DNA of 63,785 nt, the filler included, from Reticulomyxa filosa (Eukaryota > Protista > Foraminifera), in NCBI GenBank assembly GCA_000512085.1. It is 27 parts of 27 records of this genome, joined end to end, with 100 filler letters (N's around TTAATTAATTAA, not from the genome) between each part and the next. Parts side by side here need not be neighbours in the genome. Positions count along the whole stretch, not along the records: positions 50,484 to 53,523 come from ASPP01003117.1; positions 53,624 to 55,263 come from ASPP01001526.1; positions 55,364 to 58,783 come from ASPP01000340.1; positions 58,884 to 60,709 come from ASPP01016323.1; positions 60,810 to 62,134 come from ASPP01028088.1; positions 62,235 to 63,785 come from ASPP01023842.1; 21 more parts are not named here. The stretch is one strand, 5' to 3'. The notes beneath the pieces were generated by a model that saw only the letters and a list, made by a program, of their open reading frames with translations, did no database searches and was not told the origin of the DNA. The position numbers and the translations under genes were made by a program. Numbering within the stretch: the first letter of the stretch is position 1; every line of letters starts with the position of its first letter. Shown here in pieces: positions 50,577 to 63,785 of this stretch.

Positions 50577-51520
50577 ATTATTTCTTCGATTTTTTTGGAT
50601 GTTTCTTCTTCTTTTTTTCGAAACTTTTTTTTTCTTCTATTTTTTTTAGTTTTTCTAATATGTTAAGGAATTGTTTGGAGATCTCTTCAGTTTCTTTTGA
50701 TCCTCAACTATCAAAAGCTTGTCTTACTGACTTGTCAACTTCTTTTTCTGTCTTTTCCACGAACTGACCAACCTTATTTTGATACTCTTTAAATTTGCCT
50801 AGTTGGATATTTAATCATTGGATTGCAAATGAAATATTTTTACCATACGAACAGCGATCTACAAAATCAACTATACCGAATCGCACTTCGGCTAATGCCT
50901 GTTGAAATCCTGCTCCCAATCGAATGGTGTTCATTAATTGATTGACCACTTCGTTGCAAGCGCATATGACACCTTCCCAAAACATTTTTGCTTCGATTGT
51001 ATCTACTTTTTGTGGTTTCCATTGAACAATTGTCTGTGCCATTAAGAAATTAGTTCCCATTGTGCCGTACACTTCGAATATTTCAACTGCTGCTTGTTGA
51101 ATATTCAGACAATATGTCTTATTCGAATCCACTTGATCTTTATATTTGAAATCGTCTTTAAACACCGCCAATCGACTACGAATTTGGATGCATTCGATAG
51201 CTTTTTTTACTTTCAGATCACCTTTTATGAAAATTTGTTCAATTTCATTGCAGTTAGTTAATGCCAGTGGCTCTGGATCTTTTGTTTCGTCTATTGGGAA
51301 TATTCTATCCCCCTATGGATCGACTGGCTCCGGTTTTTTTTGTTCATATTATTACTGTTATCATTATCTTTGCTTTCACTTTCACTTTCTTTTTTTTTTG
51401 GTTTTGCGTTTGTTATTATGTTTATCATCACTATTATTATCATCATTAGAGTTTTTCTTTTTCTTTCCAGTCTTGTCTTTCTTCTTATTTCCACTTTCAT
51501 TTTCACTTTCACCTTATAAC
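50577..51520 (-). pseudogene. Disrupted hypothetical protein gene (Lys-rich ends, helical core)
   Basis: The frame of ORF 50815-51171 continues on both sides through three isolated stops. Poly-A frameshifts upstream. Confidence 0.5.
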
Positions 51521-54500
51521 AAACCTGTGACATTTTTTACTCAGATATTTTTCTTTATTCAAAGTAAGGAAAAAAATAGAACTTTACAATGTTTTTTTTT
51601 GTTATTAGATTTTAAAAAAAAAAAGAGAGAGAAAGACACACGTTCAAAATATATTTCTTACATTGTAAATATATTTTAATCAGTCATACTCTTTTGTTAA
51701 ATACTTTTTTTTAAAATTAATTGAGATCAATTGCATGATCATCGAGAATTTCATTATTACTTTTTTTTTAAAAAAAAACAAGCAACAAAAATCCAAAAAG
51801 CAGTAATATTAAATGATAAAAATGTTGTTACTTATATAAATATCAATCTCCACTTTCTTTCTTCAAACTGAAAAGCATAAATGTGCGTATAACATTTTTG
51901 AAAATAGTAAGTACAAGAAAATATCATATATAAATGATCTTGTATAAATATTTTCTTAAAGAAAAGGGAATAAGATAGATTAGAATAAATCACACTAATA
52001 AATATTGCAATTTTGTACAAAGTTAGACATCACCAAATTTTGTGTTTTTTTATTTTACTTTGAAGAACAAAAAATAAAAGAAGTTTATTACAAAATTTTT
52101 TTAGATATGTAGCTTTTTTGGAAACGATCGCCAGCTATCGGTTACATCACAAAAAAAATTTTGCGGTTAAAAGCTCGCAAGTTAGTTCGAGCGCAGTTTT
52201 TACAAGATTGAGCAACAAAAAGCGTATATCTGAAAGAAAACTTTGTCAAGTGTCAAATAAAAACGCCAAAAAAAATAAAATTATGCATCGATTTTTGAGG
52301 GAAGGGCAATTGGTAATGTTCTTTTTTTTTCCTATCTATTTTTTTCTTGAGACTATTCTCTTTTTTTATTAAACCAAATCTCCCTTTTTGAGGGAACTCC
52401 AAAAACACTCAAAAATCACGCTGGAGACAAAAGCACAAAAGCAAAAAAAAACCAGAAAAAAAGATAAGTGAAATCGTTTGTCACGATTTAAAAAAAAGCT
52501 AGCAAGTACCATATCTCACATACACACAGCAAAAACAAATAACAATTAAAAGAAAGCAAAGAAAAGGGATTACAACGCCAGATGATTCCATGTTTGCATA
52601 CTGTTGAATTTACGATCATGACATGCCATAGAAAGAGATATCAGCAGTTCATATACTGTTTATTATTATTGTTTAATTTTATTTTTTTTTAAACCCCCTT
52701 TTTGCAAGTTTTTCTTCTTTTTTTTTGAGATTGGTATTGCTATTTTTATTAAAAAAAGATTTAAATATTTTTTTTATATCTTATGAACATGCTACGATTG
52801 CAGATTAATTGTTTCATTACAGTCGGTAACATGTAGATAAATGTCAGTCCCGGTGAATCGCAGTTATCATTGGTGAACATGTGTAATCATTTCCGAATCG
52901 TCGCAAGTGTACTTGAACAAAAAGACATGTTATTCTGTTGACTGTTGTGCTTATCACTTTGTACGTGATTGATGGTCGATCCATATGCCTTTTGGGAATA
53001 AATTTCAAGTGAATAATCCCTCCCGATTTTTTGACAGCTTATTTTGAAGCAGGAGTGACAAAGGTGATCTCCAAGTGTATCTTGTGTCTCAATTCTTCCA
53101 ATTTGTCGTTGTTGACAAACGCTAAGCTTTACTTTATTTTTGGATGCAACCTACTGCATACAACTTTCGTAATATTATTACTTTTTCAAGGTTCAATTCG
53201 CATCAGTCCAAAAACCTTTTCAGTTTTTTCAGTTCTAACCATTGGAATGGTGATGAATGATCGCTTTTTTTTTTTGCATGCGTGCAAAGGTTTATATCTA
53301 GATCCACAAACATTAAAAAAAAAAACAAAAAAATAATGGAAAAGCAAATTCACACGAAACAATCTGTTCCAGTAGAATTGGATTGACATCAAATTAATTT
53401 GTGGCTGTTTACCACTGCCGAAGGCCAGATATGTACTTCGGTTTCCTTGTCTAAAGTTGGCTCTTTTCTATCCTCTACCATCTGATCGGTTTGGCCCTCG
53501 TCCGAGTCTCTTTTTTTTTTTTTNNNNNNNNNNNNNNNNNNNNNNNNNNNNNNNNNNNNNNNNNNNNTTAATTAATTAANNNNNNNNNNNNNNNNNNNNN
53601 NNNNNNNNNNNNNNNNNNNNNNNTCTTTTGCAAAAAGAGATAATTTTCTGTATCACAAGACAACTCGAACTCTGTTCGGTTGTTACTATTATAAAAAAAG
53701 TGCACCATTTTTTAACAAACGCAACTTTGGGGATGTTTTCCTGCTTCATGATATGGTCCAAAACGAACTCACGATTCAACAATGACTCATACAATAAGAG
53801 TTCATTCAACATCAACAAACTACGGGACGTTCGCCTTAATTGTGTCCCAAACGCAACGTTACTTTTATTAGTTTCATATAAATATAAACTAATAAATATA
53901 ATATATGTATACATAAATGTATATAGTATAAAAGTGTGACTGAACTCTTTTTTACAAGTAGCAATGTCAATGCACTCATTAACTAGCAGCAATTTCTGTT
54001 TTTGGTTCAAGCGAATGTTGAACGAAACCGCACAAAAGAACGTACATTAGAATAAAAAAAAGTTGACACATAAAATGGCACTGTATGAAGATGATTGATT
54101 TTCTAAATGAAAAAACAACATTAAAAATTTTTTAAAAATACACAAATAGTGTAATTTTTAAATGTGATCTTGTTTTTTTATTTTATCTTTCGAAATTTTT
54201 TATATATACATTTTTGTAAATTTAAGCTCGTTTGTTTTTTATAATTTTAGTTTTTAGAGATGTTTTATATATGAAACATAAAAATACCTAGACAAAAAAG
54301 TTCATCAAAATATTCACAATAAAAAAAATTTAAAAAAAATGAAAAAAGAGAACGCGATATCGCTTCCACTTTGACATCACATGCAGCTCGTACATTATTC
54401 TCAATACTTTCTCCGTTGATATAGTCCCAATTTCTTCTGCGTGAGCAAGAAAGAAATCTTTTAACTAGTAAAAAATTTTTCTTTATAGTGATATACAAAT

Positions 54501-55363
54501 TATTTATAGTAGTTGGATTTTCTAACATTATGAGTGGAGTGTGACTTCTTCTTTTTGTTACGTTTTTGGCAACGCCTTTTGTTGCAATTTATTTTCGGGG
54601 GCTGTCGTCGGTTCAGCAACTGCTTGTGAAGACTATCTGGACGGCAGAGACAGTGTCTTTACAATAATCTGATATACTGCAAGTCATGTTGGGACAAAAT
54701 ACCACACTTGGAATTGGTTCAAGAATCCAATCTAATGGTAAGTCAGACACGTTAACTACACTTACGAACATGTCTGACACTAGTGAACTATCAAATGCCA
54801 GCACGCATGGTAGCATTGGAAATGGATATTGAGTTACAAAAATCAACAACTACAATCCAAAATGACGCTGAGCAATAATATGGACGTCGACACAAATGAC
54901 AACAGACGAACAGCCACAAAACGAAAGAAGCCAGATAGTGGATTAACGGATGACATTGCAAAGAAATCAAAGAATCAATCAATATCCAGTTTTTCAAGTA
55001 TGCAATAAAACGAAGAAAGAAAAGTGGTGAAATTACAATTGAAAACGTGTGGAAGAAAAACATAAAAGTTCGACGACAATTTATGTGTACAAATACACCA
55101 ACGATTGTCGTTACTCCAATCAAGTTCAAAGAACTCAAGTCAGCAAAATCGGTGATTAAGTTCCTTGGATTGAAGAATAAGAATGAGTTGTCCAGGAGTG
55201 CATCATTTTTTTTTTAGATGTGTGTCAAGTATTTGACTACTATCTCGCTTCATACTCAACTTGNNNNNNNNNNNNNNNNNNNNNNNNNNNNNNNNNNNNN
55301 NNNNNNNTTAATTAATTAANNNNNNNNNNNNNNNNNNNNNNNNNNNNNNNNNNNNNNNNNNNN

Positions 55364-56110
55364 CACAAAATTGTCCAATCTTGCGTCAACTGTTGGAAAT
55401 ACAGTCGACCGCAAAAAACAGACCACCTAATAAAAATGATTTGAACGAAGAAAGATATCTTATAGAAAAAAGATACTACAGTAGATTGCACAAAAAACAT
55501 CTATGAAGATAATCGATTTTCTTAATGAAAAATAAACATTTAAGTCTAACTTTTTAAAAATATATACAAATCTTGTAAATATAAATTCTTTTTGTAGAAT
55601 AAAGTTATTTTTTCAGATGAAACAAAGAAAATAAGTGAATCAAATATGTTTGGAAAAAAGCCAAACCAAGGCTTAGTAAATAGATTTTTAATCAAAAGAT
55701 CAATGTTTGGTGGAAAATACATTGTGAATGTGTACAAGATAGATAGTGGAATATATTCAAAAATTTATAAAGAGATATTAAAAGATGACATGTTAAACAG
55801 TGCCAATTATTGTGTAGATGATGAAGATTGCTGGTGGTTCCAGCAAGATAACACAGCATGCAACAAGCTGAAGAAATAATATATTGGTTTAAAGAAAATG
55901 ATATAAAATTAATAAAATTTACCTAATTCTCCAGACTAAATCTTATTGAAAACTTTGGTGGATAATTAACATAAAATTGTATAAAGGTAAAAAAATAAAT
56001 AACAAACAATAATTATGTAAAAAAAAATTGATATTCAACTATACCAAGTGTTAGTTGATTAAATGCCAATAATGCAAATGAAAGTGGTAAAAAAGAACCA
56101 AAAAGATTTA
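55364..56110 (+). mobile_element. Degenerate Tc1/mariner DDE transposase
   Basis: IFSDETK, WFQQDN, and PNSPD/LNLIEN motifs with stops and frameshifts. Confidence 0.85.
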
Positions 56111-56318
56111 AAATTTTTTTTTAGCAATACAGGTTTTATTTATATATATTCCTGCGAAATTTTGAAAAATTATTTGAAAAACTGTGTTTTTGATCAGCTT
56201 AGAAAAAAGCTATTATAAAATCAATTTCATATTTAAAACTACAAGACTTGTAGACCCTTAAAAACAAGTTAGGTTTAAATGTTTATTTTTCATGAAAAAA
56301 TATATTCTCTTCATATAG

Positions 56319-56640
56319 AAAATAAATGGATGACATTTGATAACACTTTACCCAGTCCATTATTTAAGTGTGTTGCAATATTGAGTGATAATTATGATGC
56401 AGTATCAACTCACATGAAGACTAAAGTGAGTGTATGAGACTCTTCACAGTTGGTATGATTTGTTTATTTATTTATTTTGATGAAACAAAAATAAATTGTA
56501 TATTAAACTGATTGACAAATAATAAATAACGAACAGTCAAAAAAAGAAATAAAATTTGTTATTCGATATTGTGTTCGAATTTTAAAGATAAAATTAGGAT
56601 GGATTGATGATTTTGATAAAATTATTATGAAATATAGTAG
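56319..56640 (+). pseudogene. 3' remnant of a Kelch-like expanded-family gene
   Basis: KWMTFDNTLPSPL..CVAIL...STHMKTKV and RILKIKLGWIDDFDKIIMKY. Family recognised from memory of Reticulomyxa proteins. Confidence 0.55.
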
Positions 56641-56718
56641 AATAAAATAAGTTTGGAACGTGCAGATTGGAACCTAAAACAGTTTTTTCAAAACTTTTGC
56701 GAATTTCCATAGAAAGGA

Positions 56719-57460
56719 TTGAAAGAAGTTAAAAAGATATTATCATATGCTACTGCAATTGATCCTCAAACTGGACAATCTTTGAATGAACACAGAATCA
56801 ACGAGTATTTTCATTTAATGGTATTTAATCATTTTTTTTTCTCAATATTAAATATGCACGATTGCAAAAAAGGATTTACAGAATTTGGTGGAGTAGCAAA
56901 ATTAAAAGAGTTATTAAATCAATATACATCAGTAGAAGATAAAGAAGGTGTTCACAATTGTTTGCAATTATTAAGTGATAATTATTTCCCATTTGACAAA
57001 GAACTTATCGTCGATGAACTTAAAATGATTGATTTTTTGATTGCTTTGCAAAGACAATCATGGATAAACTTCAATTCAATTCATGAATAAAATTGATATT
57101 ATTTTGACTCGATTGAAAATAAAGTCATGAAAACCAATTTTATTCAAAATGTAAAACAAAGGGTTGACTTTTACGAAAATAAAAATGAACAAGAAATAGT
57201 AAATTGTATTAAATATTTTCCAGAAGATCCACCTATACAAATTTTATATTTAACAATAACTCTCTTTCAAAGTTAATTGTGTACATTTACTTATTTTTTT
57301 CATTTTTTAAAAAAATTATTATCAAATAAAAACTTTATATAGGTAATCCAACAAAGAAAAAAATAAAATCAAAATATTCCTAAAAAAAAATTGAAAAGAA
57401 TTCATTAAAAAGGTGAAGAATCGGATTATGATCTACATGACAATGATGACAAATGAGCAT
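56719..57460 (+). pseudogene. Degenerate hypothetical gene fragment
   Basis: 123-aa ORF followed by in-frame, stop-interrupted coding-like sequence. Confidence 0.35.
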
Positions 57461-57668
57461 ATTTAATCTGAGTAATAGATAAACAAGCTGATAAATATTC
57501 TCATTGAAAACAGTAAACCGAAAATCTTTTGATTGATTTCTTTTTAAATTTTTTTTTTTTTTTCAATTACTAATGATGCAAACTCAAAAAATCGTGTATC
57601 ATCTAAAAAAAAAAAAAAAATAAGCATTTCAATTTTTCACCAATCCAAATATCAATCCAACACAAAGC

Positions 57669-58783
57669 CTAGTTCTTGAACTTTTCAGTTAATTTTTTCA
57701 CAGCTACTTTTACTTGTATTGTTCCTTCATCCCATTCTCCAAGTGTAATTGTGTAAATCTTCCATGCCTTTCCATAGTATTTCCACGCTTCCCGTTTGTG
57801 TTGGCTTGCATCAGATACCACTCCCAAGTTCCTATAAGAATCACCAACATCTCTGTGCATGCTTCCAAATAGAATGGTTTTTATCTTCAATGAATTTTTG
57901 TGACATGCAATTGCATCCGCATACCATCCTTTATGGAAATAGATATGTCCTAAGCTGTCATACGAATTGCTGACATCCTCATGATTCATTCCAAAAATCT
58001 CTAATTTGATTTGTAATGCCTTTTCATAATACATAAGTGATTTGTCGTACTGCAATTTATTTCTATAGACCATTCCTAGATTGTGGTAAAATTGAGCTGC
58101 AAAAGCGTGATTGGCTCCAAAGATGTCCAAAACAATTTGCAATCCTTTTTCATAGAATTCAATTGCTGTATCATATTGTGCTTTATTTTTGTATGCGATT
58201 CCCATTAGATTGTGTGCAATAGTGGCATATGGTTGTTTAAGTCCAAAATTGTCTATAGAAAGTTGCATATATTTCTGTAAATGAAGAATGATATCATCAA
58301 ACAGTCTTTTCCTGGAAAATTCTTCCTCTTTCTCTTCGATGTCTTGGAGTATTGCTGGAATGTCATGATGTATTTTTGTGTTCCATGGAACAGATGAAGC
58401 AGATTGCATCAACTGCCAATCGACAGTTGCATTTTTTGTAACAAAAAGTTGTGTTGTGACATTGACATGTCCTTTGCATTGAATTTCACAATCGACAGCA
58501 TATATATTGCCATCGATATCCATTTTGTCCAGCAATACTACTGGTTGCATAATAGCATACATCCAATACGTCCCAAATTGTGTTTTCTTAATATTGTCAT
58601 CACATATTGCCATGATGAATGAAGATTGTCCATCTGTAGTTTTGCATTCAGAATTATTTTTGGCAGCAATAATTAATCCTCGTTTATTTTGTTTTAGCAT
58701 TTGCTCAACCAATTTTGCTGCTGCTACATTTGCTCTTCTCCAGTTTCTGTTGCAATGTCTCTGGAAGCTCAAATATTCAATTG
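57669..58783 (-). CDS. TPR-repeat protein (kinesin-light-chain-like 42-aa TPRs), 5' partial
   Basis: YHNLGMVY...YDKSL.YYEKALQIKLEIFG.NH.DV..SY repeats. Confidence 0.92.
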
Positions 58784-58883
58784 NNNNNNNNNNNNNNNNN
58801 NNNNNNNNNNNNNNNNNNNNNNNNNNNTTAATTAATTAANNNNNNNNNNNNNNNNNNNNNNNNNNNNNNNNNNNNNNNNNNNN

Positions 58884-60310
58884 CAGCAAAACTCCAAAGC
58901 ATTGTAGAATTCCAATAACGATTTGCATTGTGTATATGAATGTTAGAGCAAGAGCTGGACCATGAGTTGGTTGAGGTGATTGTCGAGATGAAATATTTTT
59001 TGTTGGCGGCATAAGTGCCTTTGTAGACCATGCCTTGGCGAAGCAGCTCTGATGTGCAAAAAAGAATGGTCATCACCACTGACTTGCAATTCGATTGCTC
59101 GTCAGTTGTGATTTTACACATCCTAATTTGCGCAAACAGCGCTTCTATCACCATTAAGGCCGGTGCTAAGCCATGCAATGACAACTCACCAGTAATTGCA
59201 ACTGGTCTGTCCATTTGTCAAGTCGTCCGTCCATGCCCAATTTGAACTTCTCCATATCGTATAATCTATCTATTTTTTTGTTGTTTGTTTATATTTAAGA
59301 AAAAAAGATGTTGTTAAAAAAAAAAAGAACATAACATTGCAATATCGAATATCATTTGCAAGATGTTATTGCAAATTGATTTTGTGCATTGGCGAGTGCA
59401 AAGTGGGCGATGATGTAATAGTGATGATTGCCGAATGGATATATTTGCACGAATACTGAATTTTGGTCCCAATGATATATATACAGTTGCAGCAATTCCA
59501 CATTTCCAACGTATCGTGCCACAATTAAAACGAATCGTGATTTTGAATTTTTGCAAAGTCCAACATCTGCACCCAAGTCATTATCTTCATCAACAAGATT
59601 GTGATATATTCGCCAACTGCCAAGTCACTATGTTTTTGTTTTTTTTTAAAAAAATCAATCTTAAATCAAATCAACCATATATACAATACATCATCCCCCT
59701 TATCATCTATTGATATACGTAAACTCCCTTTTTTTTTTTTCATGAGCATTTTTTTTTTCTTCCATTAAATTTTTTAATCACTGTTATTTACCTGTATTTT
59801 GATTTGAAGATTAATGTGTATGATATTGATGATATGCTCGATGTGGATGTGAAAATATTCATTGCCTGCATTTTTGTATGTACACTTTCATTTGATTGTG
59901 TTGGGTCGATCATTAAGATGCTTTGGTGAATGAGTATACGTGAGTTTTTTAATTGCATCAACGATAATTTTCTTACATTGTTACAGAATTGTGGAGATTG
60001 TACATCCATCCACATTTTCGATTTTTGTGTGTGCCTGAGAGAGTAGCTGACAAACGTATTAAATGATATTGTTGTTGTGCACATGTTGTTGTGATTATCC
60101 GGATGTATTTGTACGTTTTCCTTTGAATTGTCTCTGTGCACATATTTTGCACTTGACACAACCGGAACTACAATGAAGACTTGCAATATTGTAAATATAT
60201 TTTCATACACCAGCGACGAGTCCATGTTGCTGTTTAGAGAGACAAGTTTTCACTCAATCGTTTCTCTTCCGTTTGCCCCCTCTTTTACCGGGCACTTTGA
60301 AATGGAAATA
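58884..60310 (-). pseudogene. Copy 3 of the unnamed multi-copy family
   Basis: SSLVY, FCNN, IDP, FTSTSSIS, LIFK..YR|GTAAATAACAG and KGTYAAN are each shared with copy 1 and/or copy 2. Confidence 0.75.
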
Positions 60311-60809
60311 CGTCAAATGATAATAACAAAATAAGTTTTAGAAAATGATTTCAGAATCAAAAGTAATAATCAAATTTCTTTTTTTTTTTTAAAAAAAAGA
60401 TGTTCTTTGTGAATTACTTGCACAAATTCAAAATAAAAACGAGGTCAATATAGTCCTTCTCCTTCAAAGAAAAATCACAAACAAAATTGTTCAACTGAAT
60501 ATTTTTGCTAATAAATTGCCTCGTCGAGTTATCATCTTAATTTTTTGAAGCTACAAACAACAAAAAGCAAGAGGCAGTTAAGGTTAGTCGCAATAATTAC
60601 AAAAAATATAAAGAAACCAAATATCACAGTTTTAATTGATTGAATGCCTTTTTTTTTGCTTTCCGGACAAGTCAGTTGTCAGTTTTGCTTTTCGTAGCAA
60701 AGTCTTTTTNNNNNNNNNNNNNNNNNNNNNNNNNNNNNNNNNNNNNNNNNNNNTTAATTAATTAANNNNNNNNNNNNNNNNNNNNNNNNNNNNNNNNNNN
60801 NNNNNNNNN

Positions 60810-61508
60810 TTCTCATCTGATGGAAAAATGATAGTGTCGTGTTCAAATGATCATACAGTTCGATTATGGGATGTTAAGTCAAGGAAGGAAATAAGAAAAT
60901 TTGAAGGACATACTAATCATGTAATGTGTGCATGCTTTTCACCAAATGGAAGTATTATTGCTTCAGGATCAAAGGATCGCACAATACGACTCTGGGATGT
61001 GAAATCTGGTAAAGAGATAATACAGTTAATGTGTTCGAAATGGGTAGTTGACATGGAATTTTCACCAAATGGTCAATTTCTTAAATTCTTTTCTCATGAT
61101 TTTAAGATTCAAATATGGAATTTGCAAATTGGAGGAAAAATAAATGAATTGCGTGGACACAAGCGTAGTGTGCTTAGATCACAATACTCTCCAGATGGAA
61201 CAACTATTATTTCCTGCTCTAAGGATCAAACAATTAGAATCTGGAACGCAACGTTACATACAAAAATCAAAAAATTCACTGGACATTCAGGACCTGTCAA
61301 CGATGTGAAATTTTTTCCAGATGGTCAAACTATTGTATCATGTTCAGATGACGCAACAATACGATTATGGAACTTACAATATGGAATAGAAACACAAATA
61401 TTGAAAAAGGGTTCCTTAAGGGTGACTGGAGTGGATGTTTCATCTGATGGAAATACTATTTTATCTTGCTCAGATGAAAAGATTATTCGACTGTGGGGAT
61501 TATTATGA
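60810..61508 (+). CDS. WD40-repeat protein, close paralog of 38221-39099 (5' partial)
   Basis: Shared VKFFPDGQT.VSCSDD.T.RLWN and IRLWG.L* terminus. Confidence 0.95.
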   Translation, partial: FSSDGKMIVSCSNDHTVRLWDVKSRKEIRKFEGHTNHVMCACFSPNGSIIASGSKDRTIRLWDVKSGKEIIQLMCSKWVVDMEFSPNGQFLKFFSHDFKIQIWNLQIGGKINELRGHKRSVLRSQYSPDGTTIISCSKDQTIRIWNATLHTKIKKFTGHSGPVNDVKFFPDGQTIVSCSDDATIRLWNLQYGIETQILKKGSLRVTGVDVSSDGNTILSCSDEKIIRLWGLL

Positions 61509-62234
61509 TTGGAATGTATGATTTTTAACTTTCAAAAGAAATGTAGTTATGCTTGATAACAGTATGGAAGTTATTTGTATGTTTACCACAAACCCTTTCA
61601 TTGATATATTCAGAGGAAATAGAACAAGAGAATTTATTGATGTTAGTGAAGATTTTTATGTAGAAAGTAGTTAAATATTGTGATAATGAGACTGACTGCC
61701 AAATTTATTGCATCCTACTGTATTTGACCATAATTTTGTCAAAATCATTAACCCATCCTAAATTTTACCTTTAAAATTTGAATCCAGTATTGAATAACCA
61801 GTTTTATTTCATTATTTGGCTGTTAATCCTTTATATTTGTATTTGTTTAAAAAAAAAAAAAAAAACATACATTTTAAAAGTTTAAAAAAAAATTACCAAT
61901 TGTGATGCATCCTTCCATACATTTACTTTTGTTTTTACATGTGTTGACGCTGATGCACTTTTATCATTTTGTCCTCCAATAATATGTAAGTTTTTTGCCT
62001 TCACTCAATATTCCAAAACAAGTACATAATCCATTTTTCTCTTGTATTTAAATATTTATATACTGATTTTGAAACAATATACTTAATCTTTAAAACCACA
62101 TCTGCAAAGAACAAAACTGCATCGTTAATATATANNNNNNNNNNNNNNNNNNNNNNNNNNNNNNNNNNNNNNNNNNNNTTAATTAATTAANNNNNNNNNN
62201 NNNNNNNNNNNNNNNNNNNNNNNNNNNNNNNNNN

Positions 62235-63730
62235 TAAGAAAACAAATGACAAAAATTTTTCTTCGGGTGACCTCATTCGAGTCTTCGTGATCATTAATTT
62301 GGAGGTAGTCGACATTGGTTTGTGCTTGATCTCTGTGAATCGGAGCGTTGTAGCCCAAGTCAGAGATATAGACGCAACGCAGCCGATCAAAGCTAGCAAG
62401 AGAGCAGTCATCCAACTGCTGGAAATGCATATAAACTGGTTTTTTTTGCAATTACAACAGCACAACATTTTTGCCCATATTCCATATGTCGACACTCGAA
62501 TCGGCCGTCTCATGTTTGATTTTTGCATGCCTTGGGTTATATATTTGGAAGTACTCCAATTGCGAATGCCGGATTTGAGCAAGTTGGTTGTAATTTCAAA
62601 TCACTCGGGTAAAAATTGTTCTTGTTTTTATTATTATAATTGTTGTTATCATAATAGCCATTATTATTATTATTATTTTGTCATTGTTGTTGTGATTAAT
62701 CAAACGATTCGACTGGCCATATTCTTCTTGTTCTATTCCAATGTATTCCTCTTCTGATTGTGCCACTCCTTCTTCGTCTTTCTTTTTCTCCAGTTCAAAC
62801 TCCACTTCAGTGTTGTCTGTCAGTGGGTATTTTTCATTTGCGTGCATCATCGCTTTCACGTGTGTCGGTACTTCTGTCGCTGTTGGGTTCTTTTTTTAAA
62901 CACCTCCAATTAATTAAGGAAAACAATTATGTGGCTCATTTTTTTTTTTTGTAAAGACATTTTTTTAACTAGGTGGTCAGATGGTTGTGATTGAACAACC
63001 CAGCATTTGATAGTTTTTTCTATATTTTTCAAATATATCCAACATATAAGTTCAAAGCTGTTTGTTTTTTTTTGCAATTAAAAGGAGTATCTAAACAAAA
63101 AAAAAGAAACATTTCTGACAGGATTTTCTTTTGCAGTTGGTCCGTGCACTAGTTTCGGAATTGATACTTTAGACAAAATCTCATCACCAGAGACAACTCT
63201 CTCAGCGGAAGAAAGCAGTTGCGCGTCATCTGCAGCCTGAATAGGGACTTCTAATGAGTATTCTACTGCTACTTTGGTTCTCATGTGTAAAAGAACAAAA
63301 ATCTTGGTAATACTTACGTATTTTTTTTTTTGTGATGTCAACACGTAAAAAAGGTCATTTGTCTTTGTATCTCGTTGATGTTATGCCAATTTTATTTTTG
63401 AAACTGTTTACTAATTATTTGTAGTTTCTATATATTGAAAAAGAATTGTAATAGTACTGTCGCACAATAAATACAAAAAATATTTACTGAACAAAACTGA
63501 AGTTGGAAAAAGTACCTTTTTTGATCTTCAAACCTTCAAGCGCTCCAGATTTGTCACTCGTTATTATTAATTGAAATCCAATTGGGAGAGGAGATAATGT
63601 GTAAGAAACATGAAAATGCGAGTGAAATTGTCCACGCAACGACCAGCCTACAAATACAAGCGAGCTCGGAGGGCGATTCAAACGAAGAACAGAGTGCAAA
63701 CGAAAAAGAACGAATGCTCCAATATCCAAT
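62235..63730 (-). CDS. Multi-exon hypothetical gene or pseudogene
   Basis: Successive minus-strand coding-like ORFs separated by AT-rich intron-like stretches; one in-frame TAA near 62452. Confidence 0.35.
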
Positions 63731-63785
63731 CAAGAGGTAATTGAGAAATATTTTGCAATCGATGTCTATTTAATATTATTATACA

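Noticed and set aside
50577-51330. Stop-codon reassignment in the host
   Set aside because: Conserved genes here use TGG for Trp and end normally at TAA, TGA or TAG. In-frame stops are confined to decayed loci.
52800-55263. Genes in 52800-53520 and 53624-55263
   Set aside because: Only short stop-interrupted frames without recognisable motifs; not supportable.

Overview
This window is not a continuous locus. It is 27 short contigs (about 1-7 kb) joined by an artificial 100-nt linker (N44-TTAATTAATTAA-N44), so adjacency across linkers means nothing. Twenty-six contigs are AT-rich, intron-containing eukaryotic DNA full of microsatellites, homopolymer frameshifts and pseudogenes. Their expanded WD40, TPR, HEAT-like and Kelch-like families resemble those of the foraminiferan Reticulomyxa filosa (inference from memory, not a database result). 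Recognisable genes or fragments: a secreted vWA/lamin-tail-like/Pro-Thr mosaic protein, a histidine phosphatase, a membrane-anchored kinase with tyrosine-kinase motifs, myotubularin, a mucin-like repeat protein, an OSCA/TMEM63 channel, a class I PDE, a HECT E3, PP2A catalytic subunit, a DUSP-domain USP, a BiP remnant, WD40 and TPR proteins. Mobile DNA: a 209-bp TG...CA element with a 4-bp TSD, a CRE-like RLE non-LTR remnant, LINE RT and RNase H remnants (one in a fold-back), and a Tc1 remnant. One contig (48984-50383) is GC-rich bacterial DNA: a HAD hydrolase plus DEDDh exonuclease pair bracketed exactly by unusual period-4 (NTAN)n repeats, followed by a DinJ/RelB antitoxin with its promoter. 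That cassette and an unnamed multi-copy eukaryotic family carrying a conserved twin-hairpin motif are the best novelty candidates.
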